A DNA stretch of 63,080 bases, counting the filler, from Globobulimina sp. (taxonomy: Eukaryota), in the NCBI GenBank assembly GCA_003354225.1. It is 56 parts of 56 records of this genome, joined end to end, with 100 filler letters (N's around TTAATTAATTAA, not from the genome) between each part and the next. Parts side by side here need not be neighbours in the genome. Positions count along the whole stretch, not along the records: positions 22,580 to 23,607 come from PIVH01025396.1; positions 23,708 to 24,735 come from PIVH01025397.1; positions 24,836 to 25,863 come from PIVH01025398.1; positions 25,964 to 26,991 come from PIVH01025399.1; positions 27,092 to 28,119 come from PIVH01025400.1; positions 28,220 to 29,247 come from PIVH01025401.1; positions 29,348 to 30,375 come from PIVH01025402.1; positions 30,476 to 31,503 come from PIVH01025403.1; 48 more parts are not named here. One strand, given 5' to 3'. Below, in pieces: positions 22,480-34,309 of the stretch (position 1 is the stretch's first letter; each line of letters opens with the position of its first letter). The notes under the pieces were generated by a model. It saw only the letters and a program-made list of their open reading frames with translations. It was not told where the DNA came from and ran no database searches. A program made the translations under genes and the position numbers.

Positions 22480-22579
22480 NNNNNNNNNNNNNNNNNNNNN
22501 NNNNNNNNNNNNNNNNNNNNNNNTTAATTAATTAANNNNNNNNNNNNNNNNNNNNNNNNNNNNNNNNNNNNNNNNNNNN

Positions 22580-22781
22580 TTGATGTGGTTATTATCCTGT
22601 CATTCATCCATTGGATACTTACAACGAATGCCTCAATACAATGAAAAAAAACACAAAGATGGCAATATTGCAATATTAACCTATCCCGTATTGCAGTCGT
22701 CTGATATTTTATTGTTTGATACAGAGATTGTCCCTGTTGGCCAGGACCAGTTAATCCATTTGAACTTCACCAGAGATTTAG
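22580..22781 (+). CDS. WARS2: Tryptophanyl-tRNA synthetase (mitochondrial/bacterial type) exon
   Basis: WLLSC..IGYLQRMPQY..LTYPVLQSSDILL..VPVGQDQ..HL..TRDL, followed by a GT..AG intron-like stretch. Confidence 0.85.
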
Positions 22782-22845
22782 GTATGGCTTTCATTGTAAA
22801 TTAACACAATTGAATAATGTATGTTTTATCATTGTTAGTAATGAT

Positions 22846-23319
22846 TCAATTGTGGAATAATATATGATACGATCCACATAAAACTCCTCCATATAAAATA
22901 AATCTGTTGAATGTCAACGCAAATGTTACTCCGAGTGCCGATGCCATCATTCCATAAATTAAATAATCCCTGGTCTGCAGCATTCTGATCAAGACATTTG
23001 GTGAAAAGCCCTCTCGACTTAATGTAAACCGCACAAACACCAATGCATGAATCATCGCATAACATTCCGATAATACACCAAACACATTTGCCAACGGAAG
23101 AATCTCTTTCATTTTGGTAAAATCGTAAAATGGAGTAACTGCCAATGCAAACCATAAAAATCTTATTGCCCATTCACCAGAAACATGATACGATTTATGC
23201 TTTCTTTCTTGATCACTTTTTGCAACAACAAAATAAAAATAAAAAAGAAGAATTGCGGGTACTAAGCCAAGAATACTTGCTACTTTTTCTGCTGTGCTTT
23301 CTAAAAAAATAACTGCCAT
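22846..23319 (-). CDS. MsrQ/YedZ-like ferric reductase transmembrane protein, probably truncated
   Basis: HVSGEWAIRFLWFALAVTP...FGVLSECYAMIH...YLIYG..A......ALT. Confidence 0.65.
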   Translation of the reverse strand: MAVIFLESTAEKVASILGLVPAILLFYFYFVVAKSDQERKHKSYHVSGEWAIRFLWFALAVTPFYDFTKMKEILPLANVFGVLSECYAMIHALVFVRFTLSREGFSPNVLIRMLQTRDYLIYGMMASALGVTFALTFNRFILYGGVLCGSYHILFHN

Positions 23320-23708
23320 CCTTCAAATAAGATACTAAGGTTTTGGTGTGTTTTAAGACTTAAGTCGAACATTATATTACTGCATATATTATAGCCGTGT
23401 GCAGTGATTGCACTGCTGCTGATGAACAAAATTGTGGCAGTCAACGACAAAGTAGCAATCGACTGTTCGGTTGGTGTGGGTTTTGTAATGTGACAAAGGA
23501 ATGTATAAATATTCAAGAATATTGCAATTGTGACAAAACATCTTTATGCCATGCCATCAGAAAGCATTGCAATTTTGAATGGATAGAACAGAAACAATCC
23601 ATATAACNNNNNNNNNNNNNNNNNNNNNNNNNNNNNNNNNNNNNNNNNNNNTTAATTAATTAANNNNNNNNNNNNNNNNNNNNNNNNNNNNNNNNNNNNN
23701 NNNNNNNT

Positions 23709-24153
23709 CACTATAGGTTCTTTTTTGGACAAAACATTGTATCCAAATTCAGTATATGATCTTGACGGTAACGTGTGTTCCGAAAACAAAGTTTTTAACG
23801 GCCTCGGGGGGCGCCAAGGGCGCGCCCCCCTCGACGTTAAAAACTTTGTTTTCGGAAACACGTTCCCGTCTCGATATTACTGAATTTGGATAAAATACTA
23901 TTTTGTGCAAAACCTAGGAATTGTAATGTCAGTCAGTGGCTCCTTATCTGCTGTCGTATTAGCATTTGTATTGCCTACCATGTGTTATTTAAAAATATGC
24001 AAATATAAAATATGTTTTTGGAACGAAGAGGGAAAGTATAGGAAATGGAGAGCATTTAAAACAACTATGCCCCCTGCACTATTATGGTTATTTGGTGTAT
24101 GTGTGGCTATATTTAGCACTTCATTTACAATCATACAACATCTCAAAAATTAA
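23709..24153 (+). CDS. AAAP-family amino acid transporter C-terminus, interrupted by an insertion
   Basis: ITIGSF-[insert]-VQNLGIVMSVSGSLSAVVLAFVLPTMCYLK. Confidence 0.8.
23725..23904. mobile_element. 180-bp palindromic insertion with a possible TTTT target duplication
   Basis: Arms 23740-23892 are near-perfect inverted repeats around a GGGGGGCGC..GCGCCCCCC core. Removing the insertion restores GGT TCT TTT GTG CAA. Confidence 0.8.
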
Positions 24154-25261
24154 TTTCTTTTTCCTTTTATAGATTCTCTTTTTGAGGCCAGGGGCCGCCA
24201 TTATTGTTACTTAATGCATTATATATTTAAACTGCGTTACTAAAACTAAAAGCTCTAATTTTCTGCCTATGTACAAAAAGCCATCGTAGTGATATCCGTG
24301 GAAGTCACCATATTATGGCGTTCGTATCCATGGCCATAGCCATGTATAGAAACAATAGACAATGACCATATGTCTTTGTCATTGGAGCTTGTAAAAGATG
24401 CAGATGATGATGATAAGGGATGGAATGATTATGAGCAGAAATTGCCGTATTGGGCAGTCATTACTCAGTCGCAATTCTGATTTTTTTGTGAGTGGACGAA
24501 ATGTTATAAATATATCATTCGAGAATATTCAAAAAAATTCGACTTTATTGTATTTATTGGATGTGTTTAGTAATATGCAGGACTGTATTTGCATATATAA
24601 CGTTTAAGGCCTTCAATGGATTGGTTAGTGATGGTTCAGCTAAAAAAACTTGACTTGGGCTTATGGTCACCTCAAGCAAAACATGTCGATGCGGGGTGCT
24701 CTTAGTTATCGTAGTGATATCCATACAAGTCGCCANNNNNNNNNNNNNNNNNNNNNNNNNNNNNNNNNNNNNNNNNNNNTTAATTAATTAANNNNNNNNN
24801 NNNNNNNNNNNNNNNNNNNNNNNNNNNNNNNNNNNGGGGTTGGAAAGGAATTTTTCTCTGGATTCTATGGCTGGGGCGGTTTCTTAGTATGTTTGTATCA
24901 ATAATCATTATCTCAATCTTCTAAACATGAGTATAATTATAAATATACGTGTATTCAGCAACATTATTTAGAGAGTAAAGCTGGGCAATGCGATCGTATG
25001 TATCCATCATATTTTGTAATCGGAAAAAAACCAAACTACTAAGAAAAATTATTATATATATACAGCAAGTCCGCAATGCGTTACTCCGTGTAATCCAAAA
25101 AACGGAACCTTTGCAAAATATCCAAGTTATATACAATTGGCAGTTAATGCATGTTGATGTGGTGCGAATTGCGAAATAGTCAAATAAATCACATAAATAT
25201 TTTAATTGAATTGTAAATTTTACACAAATTAAATTATGTCTTATTTTGGTCAGTATAAATA

Positions 25262-25863
25262 TTAAAATCTCCATGATTTCTTATAGTTTTCACTCGAATC
25301 AAATGATTGCGCTCTGCTATTCCTACTGCCCCTACTAGCACTAAATCCTCCTCTGCCTCTACCTCTACCTCTTCCCCTTCCCCTTCCTCTCCTGCTTCCT
25401 CTCCCTCTGCCTCTGCCTCTGCCGCTCCTTCGCATCTCCTCCTTTTTCAATGCATATTTTCGAATATCATTCCTCATATCAAAATTTGTTTTATCTTGTT
25501 TTGGGCCAATCATTCTATCCATGTCATCCTCACGATCATAATCAATATCATCCATAATAAACTTATCATCATCCTCGCCCTCAAACTCTTTAACTTGTAA
25601 CCTGGACTGATGTCTGGGCGCTTTTCGTTTGCTCAACTCTCTAATTTTCAACTTGATCTCATCCCTATGTTCCTTTATTTGCATCTTGGCCACGCGGTCC
25701 GCCTTAATCACCCTCTCAATCATCTGCATCACGTCATGCGTTTCAACATTTGGATACTTCTCCATTTTAACGTTAATTAACTGCTCAATGCGTTGAAACA
25801 TCTCAACATCATATTGCGTAATAATATTGATCGCCTTTCCTTTCTTGCCAGCTCTCGCAGTCC
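25262..25863 (-). CDS. DDX47: DEAD-box helicase DDX47/Rrp3 C-terminus with an RG-rich tail
   Basis: TARAGKKGKAINIITQYDVEMFQRIEQLI..KM..YP....V....ERV..A.R.A. Confidence 0.85.
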
Positions 25864-26219
25864 NNNNNNNNNNNNNNNNNNNNNNNNNNNNNNNNNNNNN
25901 NNNNNNNTTAATTAATTAANNNNNNNNNNNNNNNNNNNNNNNNNNNNNNNNNNNNNNNNNNNNCCACAATATTGACAAATAGAAACAATATACGGTCATA
26001 TGACAACGCTATACTGTCAGATAGAAACAATATAAGGTCAAATGGAAACAGTATTTGTAGACTTGTACATACAACCTTGTTTTAGATTTATTGCATGGCT
26101 CCGAAATTTCTTGCCACATGCAAACCACTAACCGATATATTCAGATGGATAACCACCCCCCTTTAATTTTAAAAAAACACGTTTTTTAGTACAGGCTAAT
26201 AAAAACTACGTAATAAAAC

Positions 26220-26991
26220 ATGTTGAATGTTCCTTTTGTAATACTGGTCATTATCGCGGTATTGGTTTTTTTATTATTTGTCATATCCACTCAACAATTA
26301 TGTATAACATCAACATTATCACGTGATCATAACAACACTTTATCCATTAGAATCGCTATATTTTGTTCGTTGATGTTTGAACTTAATATTGTTGTTATTC
26401 AGATATTATCAATATCTTTCGGTTAAGCGCTCCTTTACAATCTGTTTTTATGTTCTACCACAGAAACTATTTATAACTCTCTATAACAGAAACTGAGCAT
26501 GGTCTTGATTACAAATTCATTGCTCATTTTCTATTTTGGTGGTTAATGATATCATTATCGTTTGTCATTTACAAATCAATTGGTATCCTAAAAATACCCT
26601 CAACTGATAATTTCGCACTGCATGTCAGCCGATTATGGAAATGCATGAGCATTGCGCATATATTATGGCTTATTGTTTGTTTCATATTATTTTTTTTTAT
26701 GTCCAATTCAATTTTTTATGAAAACATATATCATTTTGGATTTAACATATATTTAATATTTGCTTCGTTAATCAGTTTATTTCTATCTTATCATCTTAAA
26801 AAAACAATAAATGCATCAATTGATAAATTAAACAGAAACTCTGTAATTCCATATCGAGATTACATTTATGATGAATCCGAAAATGAAAACGGAAACAATA
26901 AAAAACAAAGCAACCAAAACGAAGAGCAACCTCAATCTATTGATAAAGTCATAGATCCCATGGTTACTTTGCTGCAATTATCCAGCTTTAA
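26220..26991 (+). CDS. 7TM/GPCR-like membrane protein, partial; intron 26422-26489
   Basis: About five hydrophobic helices. A 68-bp GT-AG intron joins the two ORFs in frame. Confidence 0.6.
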
Positions 26992-27091
26992 NNNNNNNNN
27001 NNNNNNNNNNNNNNNNNNNNNNNNNNNNNNNNNNNTTAATTAATTAANNNNNNNNNNNNNNNNNNNNNNNNNNNNNNNNNNNNNNNNNNNN

Positions 27092-27991
27092 TCTGAACAT
27101 TTGCTCGATGGATATCAATATCCTTTGGAAGTGCATTTTGTGCATTACAGTTGGTATGTTTTTATGTTTTTAAGTTTATTTACATAGCAAATGTTACGAA
27201 TATTATTGTTTTATAAATTTAGTGATCATTCTAGTTTGGGATCGACATTGGAACAATTTCCAAGCAAAGAAAGTGTAGAAACAGCCAATCAAAACGGTGC
27301 AGACGTACATCAGTTAGGTGTGGTAGCCATATTTTTTGATGTTGTTGAAGATCGCGTAAATCCGGCATTTGAGGCACTGTTTGGGAATGATACGTTGCCT
27401 CGTTTTATTTATCCCGATGGTGATAATAATGATGAGATTATCTATGGGTTCGATGTAAGTCAATTATTGCCAGATCATGTCAATACTGCGGGTTATTTTG
27501 CATACAAAGGAAGTTTAACCACTCCGCCATGCACTGATATTGGTTTGTTTTTGTTACTCCATACCGCTATATATATATTTGTGTATTGTTTGCGTTGATA
27601 TACAGTAAATTGGCATATTATGAATGCGCGAGGATATATCGGTAGATCTCAAATAGAGAAATTTAGACAATTAATGAGCTCAGGTGTTGGGGATGGAGAT
27701 GAAATTGCAATTGCACCAAATTATAGACAGGTTCAAGAGAATGCAAATACAGTATATTCATGTGTTGATGTTGTTGTTTCTCAAGTATTGGTTGAGAGGA
27801 AACCCGGAATACTGACATTTTATATAGTTATTTCTGTGTTTGTTACTGCTGTGATTATGGGTGCTATCTCGTTTATGGTTTATAGGAAAAAAATGCAAAA
27901 CTTAGTCGATATAATTAATGACAATAATAAACGGAGTCAAATTAATGAATCCGCAGAAACTAATCAATATGGACAAGAAACAAATGTATAA
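27092..27991 (+). CDS. Alpha-carbonic anhydrase with a C-terminal TM anchor; introns 27154-27222 and 27543-27605
   Basis: SEHLLDG.QYPLEVHFVHY, LGVVAIFF, YKGSLTTPPC, V.W and PNYR.VQ, then one TM helix. Both introns splice in frame. Confidence 0.92.
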
Positions 27992-28432
27992 ATTATTTTA
28001 TTTATACCGTATCACTTTATTTTTTTTCTGTTTGTCAATCTTATTTTTTTAATGTTTTTTTTAATTTGTTTTATAGTTTTTTAGTGTTAGCATTGATTTA
28101 TTTTCAGTTTAATTTTTCANNNNNNNNNNNNNNNNNNNNNNNNNNNNNNNNNNNNNNNNNNNNTTAATTAATTAANNNNNNNNNNNNNNNNNNNNNNNNN
28201 NNNNNNNNNNNNNNNNNNNAAAGAAAAAGAGTTACCTTCTAATTGAAGGGAAGCTAACAAAACACAAAAAAACTTACATTCGATCATAAATACAAACACA
28301 AAAAACGATTATATGTTAATGGTACACCATGTACAAAAGGGTGATAACATTAACACAAAAAAATAGCTTCAAACACAAAATGTATTAATAAAATATTATT
28401 AATTTGTCGAAAACAAAGTGTATTTAAGTCAA

Positions 28433-29147
28433 TTAAATTATTTCTTCGGTTTTATCTGTAGCAGTTTCTAATGTTGCAGTTTTGGTCGAATTTGTCACTA
28501 AAAACGAGGCGTTTCTTTCGTCTTTGCTCATCTGTTTCTTCCATACACATTCAACCATCTTCAAACAATTTGTTACAAACCAAATATCTAATTTTCGTAA
28601 TAAAAATCGATACGTATTGTGAGTAAAATTAAACTGCAAATATAACATTAATGAAGTAACCAACACATCGATTACAGGTAATATCTCTGCCCATAATTCT
28701 GCGATGGAAATGTCATGTTTCTCGATATTTTTCATCTCCTCAAACTCAATAAATATATTACCAATAACACCTAACACGGATACAAGAACAGTTAAAGTGA
28801 CCAACAACGTCGTTTTCGTCATTACGCCGATCAAATCTATGGTATTCGATTCAGCCTTGGGTTTAGAATTAGAACCACTTCCATTCGTATCTCCGCGGCC
28901 GGATCCTCCGGATCCTGTTTTACCCGCTTCACTTACGCACGTGTCTTCGTGTAAGGTATGTAGAGTTACTTCGGTTCGCTCATTCTCAAACTGTTCATTG
29001 TCAGAATGCGGATCGCCAACTCCATTATGCATTGCCGTTACCGTTAATTCTGTTGCTGGTTCGGGTGAATTATCGCGTCGTGACTCTGGTTTTGAGCTCT
29101 TTTGTGTAGCAGAAAGTGGATCAATTTTCGGCAGTGAGGCTTTTCTT
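28433..29147 (-). CDS. 7TM/GPCR-like protein, C-terminal part
   Basis: Long polar loop, then MTKTTLLVTLTVLVS.. and IDVLVTSLMLYLQF.F..Y, similar to the last two helices of 32848-33759. Confidence 0.6.
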
Positions 29148-29416
29148 CAATTATGAAATTATGACGCTAATTATCTTATCAGACTCAGCTACATTCAGAC
29201 TCAGCTACATTTACTGGACTTAGATGGTTTTTGAGTTGTACATGTAANNNNNNNNNNNNNNNNNNNNNNNNNNNNNNNNNNNNNNNNNNNNTTAATTAAT
29301 TAANNNNNNNNNNNNNNNNNNNNNNNNNNNNNNNNNNNNNNNNNNNNTTATACTATATATATTAATGCAAGTAAGTAATTATTTCTGAACTTTTAATCAA
29401 AAATTATAATATTCAT

Positions 29417-30375
29417 TTATTTTGCTATGTATTCGTATGCACCAATATCAGGGGAAATGTCCGATACTCGACTTTCATTTTTTAAATCTAAGTTTAAAAA
29501 ACCTGGGAAAATATCTACCCTACTTCTTGCGGCTTTATTGATTGCAGGAGATAAGGTATCAATTGCAAAATTGTATTTATCAATACCTACAAATAGTGGG
29601 TCGACATTGGAAATAACGGCAGTAAGATTATTGTCATCAATTGCAGCGTCTTGGGTGTATTTAATCAGGCAATTTTCAAATTCGTAGTTCAGCACTCCTT
29701 GATCAGGAAAAGCATCTACAAATATTTCGTTTTCGCGATCTCCATAAACTAAACAATTATAAAAACCTGCATGTACAACATCTCTTATAATTGCTTGATT
29801 TTCATAAATATAGTAATTGTTCAATATTAAAGATGGGGTATTTCTAAACCCATTTTGCCAATAATTTGCCAATGTACAATGATAAAAATCGTAAGAACCT
29901 CCTATCGTTAACGCAATATTGTAATACCCACAATCGCTTATTAAACAGTTAGTTGCAAATATAGTTGAGCCTTGTGCATATATTCCAGCAAAGCTCATGT
30001 GTTCTATTTTTGTATTATGGATGCTTAAAGTAGGAATGTTTACATCTGCAAGTGTGTCAACCTGAATACCAATGACAGCATTTTTTATTTCTGCAAAATT
30101 AATGCTGTTGTGCTTGCTTCCATTCATCAGCCAAATACCTTCCCATTGACCAGGTACATCACTATAAACATACTCTAAACGGTCACCCTGAAAAATAACT
30201 GGTTCGTTAAACGTTCCTCCAATTTCAAGTGTACCAGCAACATACATTCTGCTACCCCGATGAAAATATACTTTGGTACCTGCATCAATCCGTAAAATTT
30301 CATTTGTATCTACCATCATTGAGTTGTAAACCAAGTATGGTTTTTCATTTGTCCATGTACTTGTACTAATAATCT
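29417..30375 (-). CDS. Bacteroidota-like beta-helix repeat protein, 5' partial
   Basis: Intronless. TWTNEKPY, VIFQGDRLE..YSDVPGQWEGIWL, GGSYDFYHCTLANYW, SPAIN and PDIGAYE. Confidence 0.75.
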
Positions 30376-30475
30376 NNNNNNNNNNNNNNNNNNNNNNNNN
30401 NNNNNNNNNNNNNNNNNNNTTAATTAATTAANNNNNNNNNNNNNNNNNNNNNNNNNNNNNNNNNNNNNNNNNNNN

Positions 30476-31159
30476 CCGACAGTGCCTAAATTATTTCAAA
30501 CAAAAGACAATGTACATTATAATTCATGTACACATGCAATTGCATGTCATGGTAAAATAAATGAAGATATCACATACGATATACCATGTATTGACCGCAC
30601 TAAAATGCAACACCACCAATTAGCTCTCGTTCAATTAAACGACGACTCTCATTATTAACCACAACCAATCGACCACGATTAGATTGTTCCCGTTAATTTA
30701 TCACATTCTCAATCAATACAACTCGAACTAAAATGTTAATTATTTAAATCCTGATCATTCTTCGTACGCAAATGTATTCTTCACCCATCTTATAACGATG
30801 GAAGGGAGTTTAGTGGGTATTATCAATTATATGAGTCCCACACTGTCGAATCGATCACAAATTAATTAATATTCATTGTTCTTGACACATTATCGCCATT
30901 CGCCAGTAATTATTATTGCGGATTTGCGTCATTTTTCAATTAGAACCACTACGATTCACCATTCATTTTATTCGAAATTGATCCATCGAAACCATGAATT
31001 ACGACGTAAACCAACTTATCGCCATTACAAATTGAATTATTCTCGAATTTCGTCTCGAACCACGATTAATGGGCCCTATTCATCACTGTTCCAGACTAAT
31101 TCAAATAATTAATTCTCTAATTATACCGCGATAAAACAAGTTATTTCTCATTGTTGTAA
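30476..31159 (+). other. Coding-like frame with 12 internal stops (variant code or hypermutated pseudogene)
   Basis: Hand tally over ~227 codons: G at codon positions 1/2/3 = 42/20/21. Internal stops are 8 TAA, 2 TAG and 2 TGA, and no frameshift is needed. Confidence 0.45.
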
Positions 31160-32516
31160 AACAACAAAAGAAAAACAACATTATTGGTTCATTCCTCTCA
31201 TTCTAAATATTATTCAAACAAAATATTTATTAACAAAAAGTTACAAAACAAATAATATTGCGTCGTGGGCCCGTGCAAAACCAAGTCTACTAGTGTGTAG
31301 TTCCCGATAGCACTACCACCCAAGCAACAAAATTATTGTTTGTTTATTAAAAGAAAAGAGAAGAAATAAAATTCACCTCATTCATTCATCAACAACCAAA
31401 TCCCAATCACGTCTAATGTGTCTGATTGAAATTCTCAACTTCCAATCCCAAGTCAACGACGCCATTGTCTCAAACTTAAAGAAGGGCGGAAAAAGAGTTA
31501 AAGNNNNNNNNNNNNNNNNNNNNNNNNNNNNNNNNNNNNNNNNNNNNTTAATTAATTAANNNNNNNNNNNNNNNNNNNNNNNNNNNNNNNNNNNNNNNNN
31601 NNNAATTTATGTTATTCCCCCAGAATTCCATTTATTTCCTGATGTCTTACCACCAGACATTTCCCGCATACCTGATGTTTTACCAGCAAAATAACTCAAA
31701 AGTGAGTTGTTGTATTTTCTGTGCAATTCCATGTGTTTTGCATGTGTAATCTCTTTATAATGGTTATTATGTCCGACATTGTCGAGTCGCTACTGTGTTT
31801 TGCACGCATTTATCATACAAAATAATACGCGAAACAGTGAGAAAAATATGTAATATATCAATAATAAGGTTGGTACCATACAAGTATGATAATGCTTGAA
31901 TACATACACACTCTGTATAAAAATGACTCTATTTCGCCCATTCTATGTATCAATTCGCTCACATTGTCAATGGATGAGGCCAATATACAGTCTCTGTCGA
32001 TAAAATAAGAGTATATTGCGCATAAAATAGGAATAAACCATCATTGTGATGGCAAATGGGTACCTTTACTACCTTACATTACGTGCAATGTGTTTTGTGT
32101 TTGCGATTTTGCGCATGCAATTTTGTACAGATATACCTTAATACGATACCAATGCAAAGGCCATACGGCGGTTTGCAAAGGAAACAACAGACAAAATGTG
32201 CCAATGCCATCAATGTGGCTGGAATGGGTAGTAAATGTTGACTCAGTTTAAGGCATTTTCTAAGCGCTTTTTTGATAAATATCACATTGGCTCTTATCCC
32301 AATCAATGTTTTGTAGATTAAATTCCATATTTGGCGCAGATATAATCTCACTGATTTGTATTATCTCTAAAATCCAGACTGAAAATTCAAAAAATCCAAT
32401 AAAAAACATTGTGATATATGCATTCATTCGTGAATACAGTAATCTTCTCTCCATCCATTCAACACCTGACATAAGTGACGGCCAATGCATTTTCTTTTCG
32501 TGGTTTGTTTGTGTGC

Positions 32517-32586
32517 GGTCGCATCAGGATTTGAACCTGAATCTTCTGGATCCATCCATCCAGGGCTCTTCTTGAGCTAAGCGACA
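32517..32586 (-). repeat. tRNA-derived element (SINE-like), copy 1
   Basis: Cloverleaf with D-stem GCTC/GAGC, anticodon stem CTGGA/TCCAG and T-arm TCAGG-TTCAAAT-CCTGA. It has an 8-nt anticodon loop and no D-loop GG. Confidence 0.75.
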
Positions 32587-32847
32587 ATAATATGTTGTTT
32601 CCTTTTCTTCTGGACATGGTGGGACCTTTTCNNNNNNNNNNNNNNNNNNNNNNNNNNNNNNNNNNNNNNNNNNNNTTAATTAATTAANNNNNNNNNNNNN
32701 NNNNNNNNNNNNNNNNNNNNNNNNNNNNNNNAAGTTTGTTGAAGTTCAGTTCAAAGATAAAAAACTTCACTTCAACAACAAACACAAACACACACATACA
32801 CAAAGTCATTATAAGCAGAATAATTGCTCTACGTTTATTATTATGAT

Positions 32848-33759
32848 TTATAGACAACATTTATTCATAATTTGCGCTCCACAGCGATGAGCACCACAAC
32901 AAATACGAGAATAATATTTATCATAAGTTGCGTGGAAAAACATAACACAAAAACTATTTATCACTGCATCAATCGCACTAAACAAATTCATTTGGGATTC
33001 CATCAATAATAATAGTGACAGCACGGTAGTTGCAGCTGTAATAACTGTTAAAATAAAATATTTAACCACCAATGATCGCATTATTTCTTTTTCTTTGCTT
33101 TGTTCCATTTTGTTTAACCACAACAACGGACGAATAAAAAAATAGCACCAAACTATATTTACCAATAAATCATAACTAATTAGGGAGGATACGACCAGTT
33201 TGTTGTTATGAATGGTACAAAATGTATGACCTTCAACATCCAATATAACTGTTTTTTTCGTGATTAAATTCATCACCGCCCACAAAAAAATGGAGGCAAC
33301 ACTAACAAATGCCACTATGACTAATAGTTTGGTGTTGTATTGAAATACAGAGTCGGAATATACAAAGTATAGACGATACAGAAACATCAAATACAAAGAA
33401 ATCTTGCCGAGTCCATATAAAAAGGCGGGTATTCCCATCGCATAGCACGTTCCACCAATTTCATATTCCATTATAGTAAAAATATACAAAACCATGAATA
33501 GTACGTAGAATATGTATATGCCAAAATTCAACGCACTCAAAAATGGGATAAATGTCTCTGGCGATGATGTTGTATCGGAGTTACCAGAATTTGACGATTT
33601 TTGTGATAGATCATCTAAATCGACTGACCTTTGAACTGTTACATTTTCTAATTCCAATATATGTTTCATTCGATACCCTTTATAAACATGCATCACCTCA
33701 ATGATTAAAATGAAAGCAACGATTAAAGCACATATCCCAAAAACAATTAAATCTATACA
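32848..33759 (-). CDS. 7TM/GPCR-like membrane protein
   Basis: Six to seven hydrophobic helices, FLYRLY.VY.DS.F.Y, F.RPL and IDAVINSFC, with Cys in extracellular loops. Confidence 0.75.
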   Translation of the reverse strand, partial: CIDLIVFGICALIVAFILIIEVMHVYKGYRMKHILELENVTVQRSVDLDDLSQKSSNSGNSDTTSSPETFIPFLSALNFGIYIFYVLFMVLYIFTIMEYEIGGTCYAMGIPAFLYGLGKISLYLMFLYRLYFVYSDSVFQYNTKLLVIVAFVSVASIFLWAVMNLITKKTVILDVEGHTFCTIHNNKLVVSSLISYDLLVNIVWCYFFIRPLLWLNKMEQSKEKEIMRSLVVKYFILTVITAATTVLSLLLLMESQMNLFSAIDAVINSFCVMFFHATYDKYYSRICCGAHRCGAQIMNKCCL

Positions 33760-33859
33760 NNNNNNNNNNNNNNNNNNNNNNNNNNNNNNNNNNNNNNNNN
33801 NNNTTAATTAATTAANNNNNNNNNNNNNNNNNNNNNNNNNNNNNNNNNNNNNNNNNNNN

Positions 33860-34309
33860 GTCACCATCTGACGACATTGCTGAGTCATCATTTAATTGTG
33901 ATGAGTCATCATAATCGTCGCAGTGATTCAGGGATTTGAAAGTGTGCACATTATAACATAATGAACACATATTGTTATTTGAATTTTGTTTGATTATTCT
34001 ATTACATTCATGACCATTGCAATTAATATAATTAAATACCGATTTGAAGCTGCTGTCACTGTGCGAGTCAAAATGCCGTATAAAGTGTTTAATAAATACA
34101 CCCCGATATTTATACAGCTTATCGAAACATGGACAGTCTGCAATGTCACATTTATAGGTCGTACGCACTGATCTTTTTGTGCAAGATTTACATACAAATG
34201 ACTCAATAAACGCATGTTCTCCATCTAATAAATTGGCACTTTTGGGATGGAGCGTAATATGACAGATACTGCAATTTAAATGCGTATCTGATTTTAAAAA
34301 CATTTTCAT
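33860..34309 (-). CDS. Cys/His-rich zinc-finger protein fragment
   Basis: CxxC pairs and a C2H2-like YKCDIADC..KLYKYRGVFIKHFIRH. Confidence 0.5.

Noticed and set aside
24283-24735. Direct repeat ATCGTAGTGATATCC..AAGTC.CCA about 425 bp apart
   Set aside because: Only two degenerate copies with no spacer array; probably a decayed repeat protein.
29179-29213. 16-bp tandem duplication TCAGACTCAGCTACAT
   Set aside because: A simple local duplication with no further structure.
31290-31316. GTAGTTCCCGATAG as a third copy of the TIR
   Set aside because: Only ~9 bp match and the TA-CAGT start is missing.
31800-32490. Stop-interrupted minus-strand membrane-protein-like frame
   Set aside because: I could not decide the strand or frame and found no recognisable motif. 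At most it is an old pseudogene.
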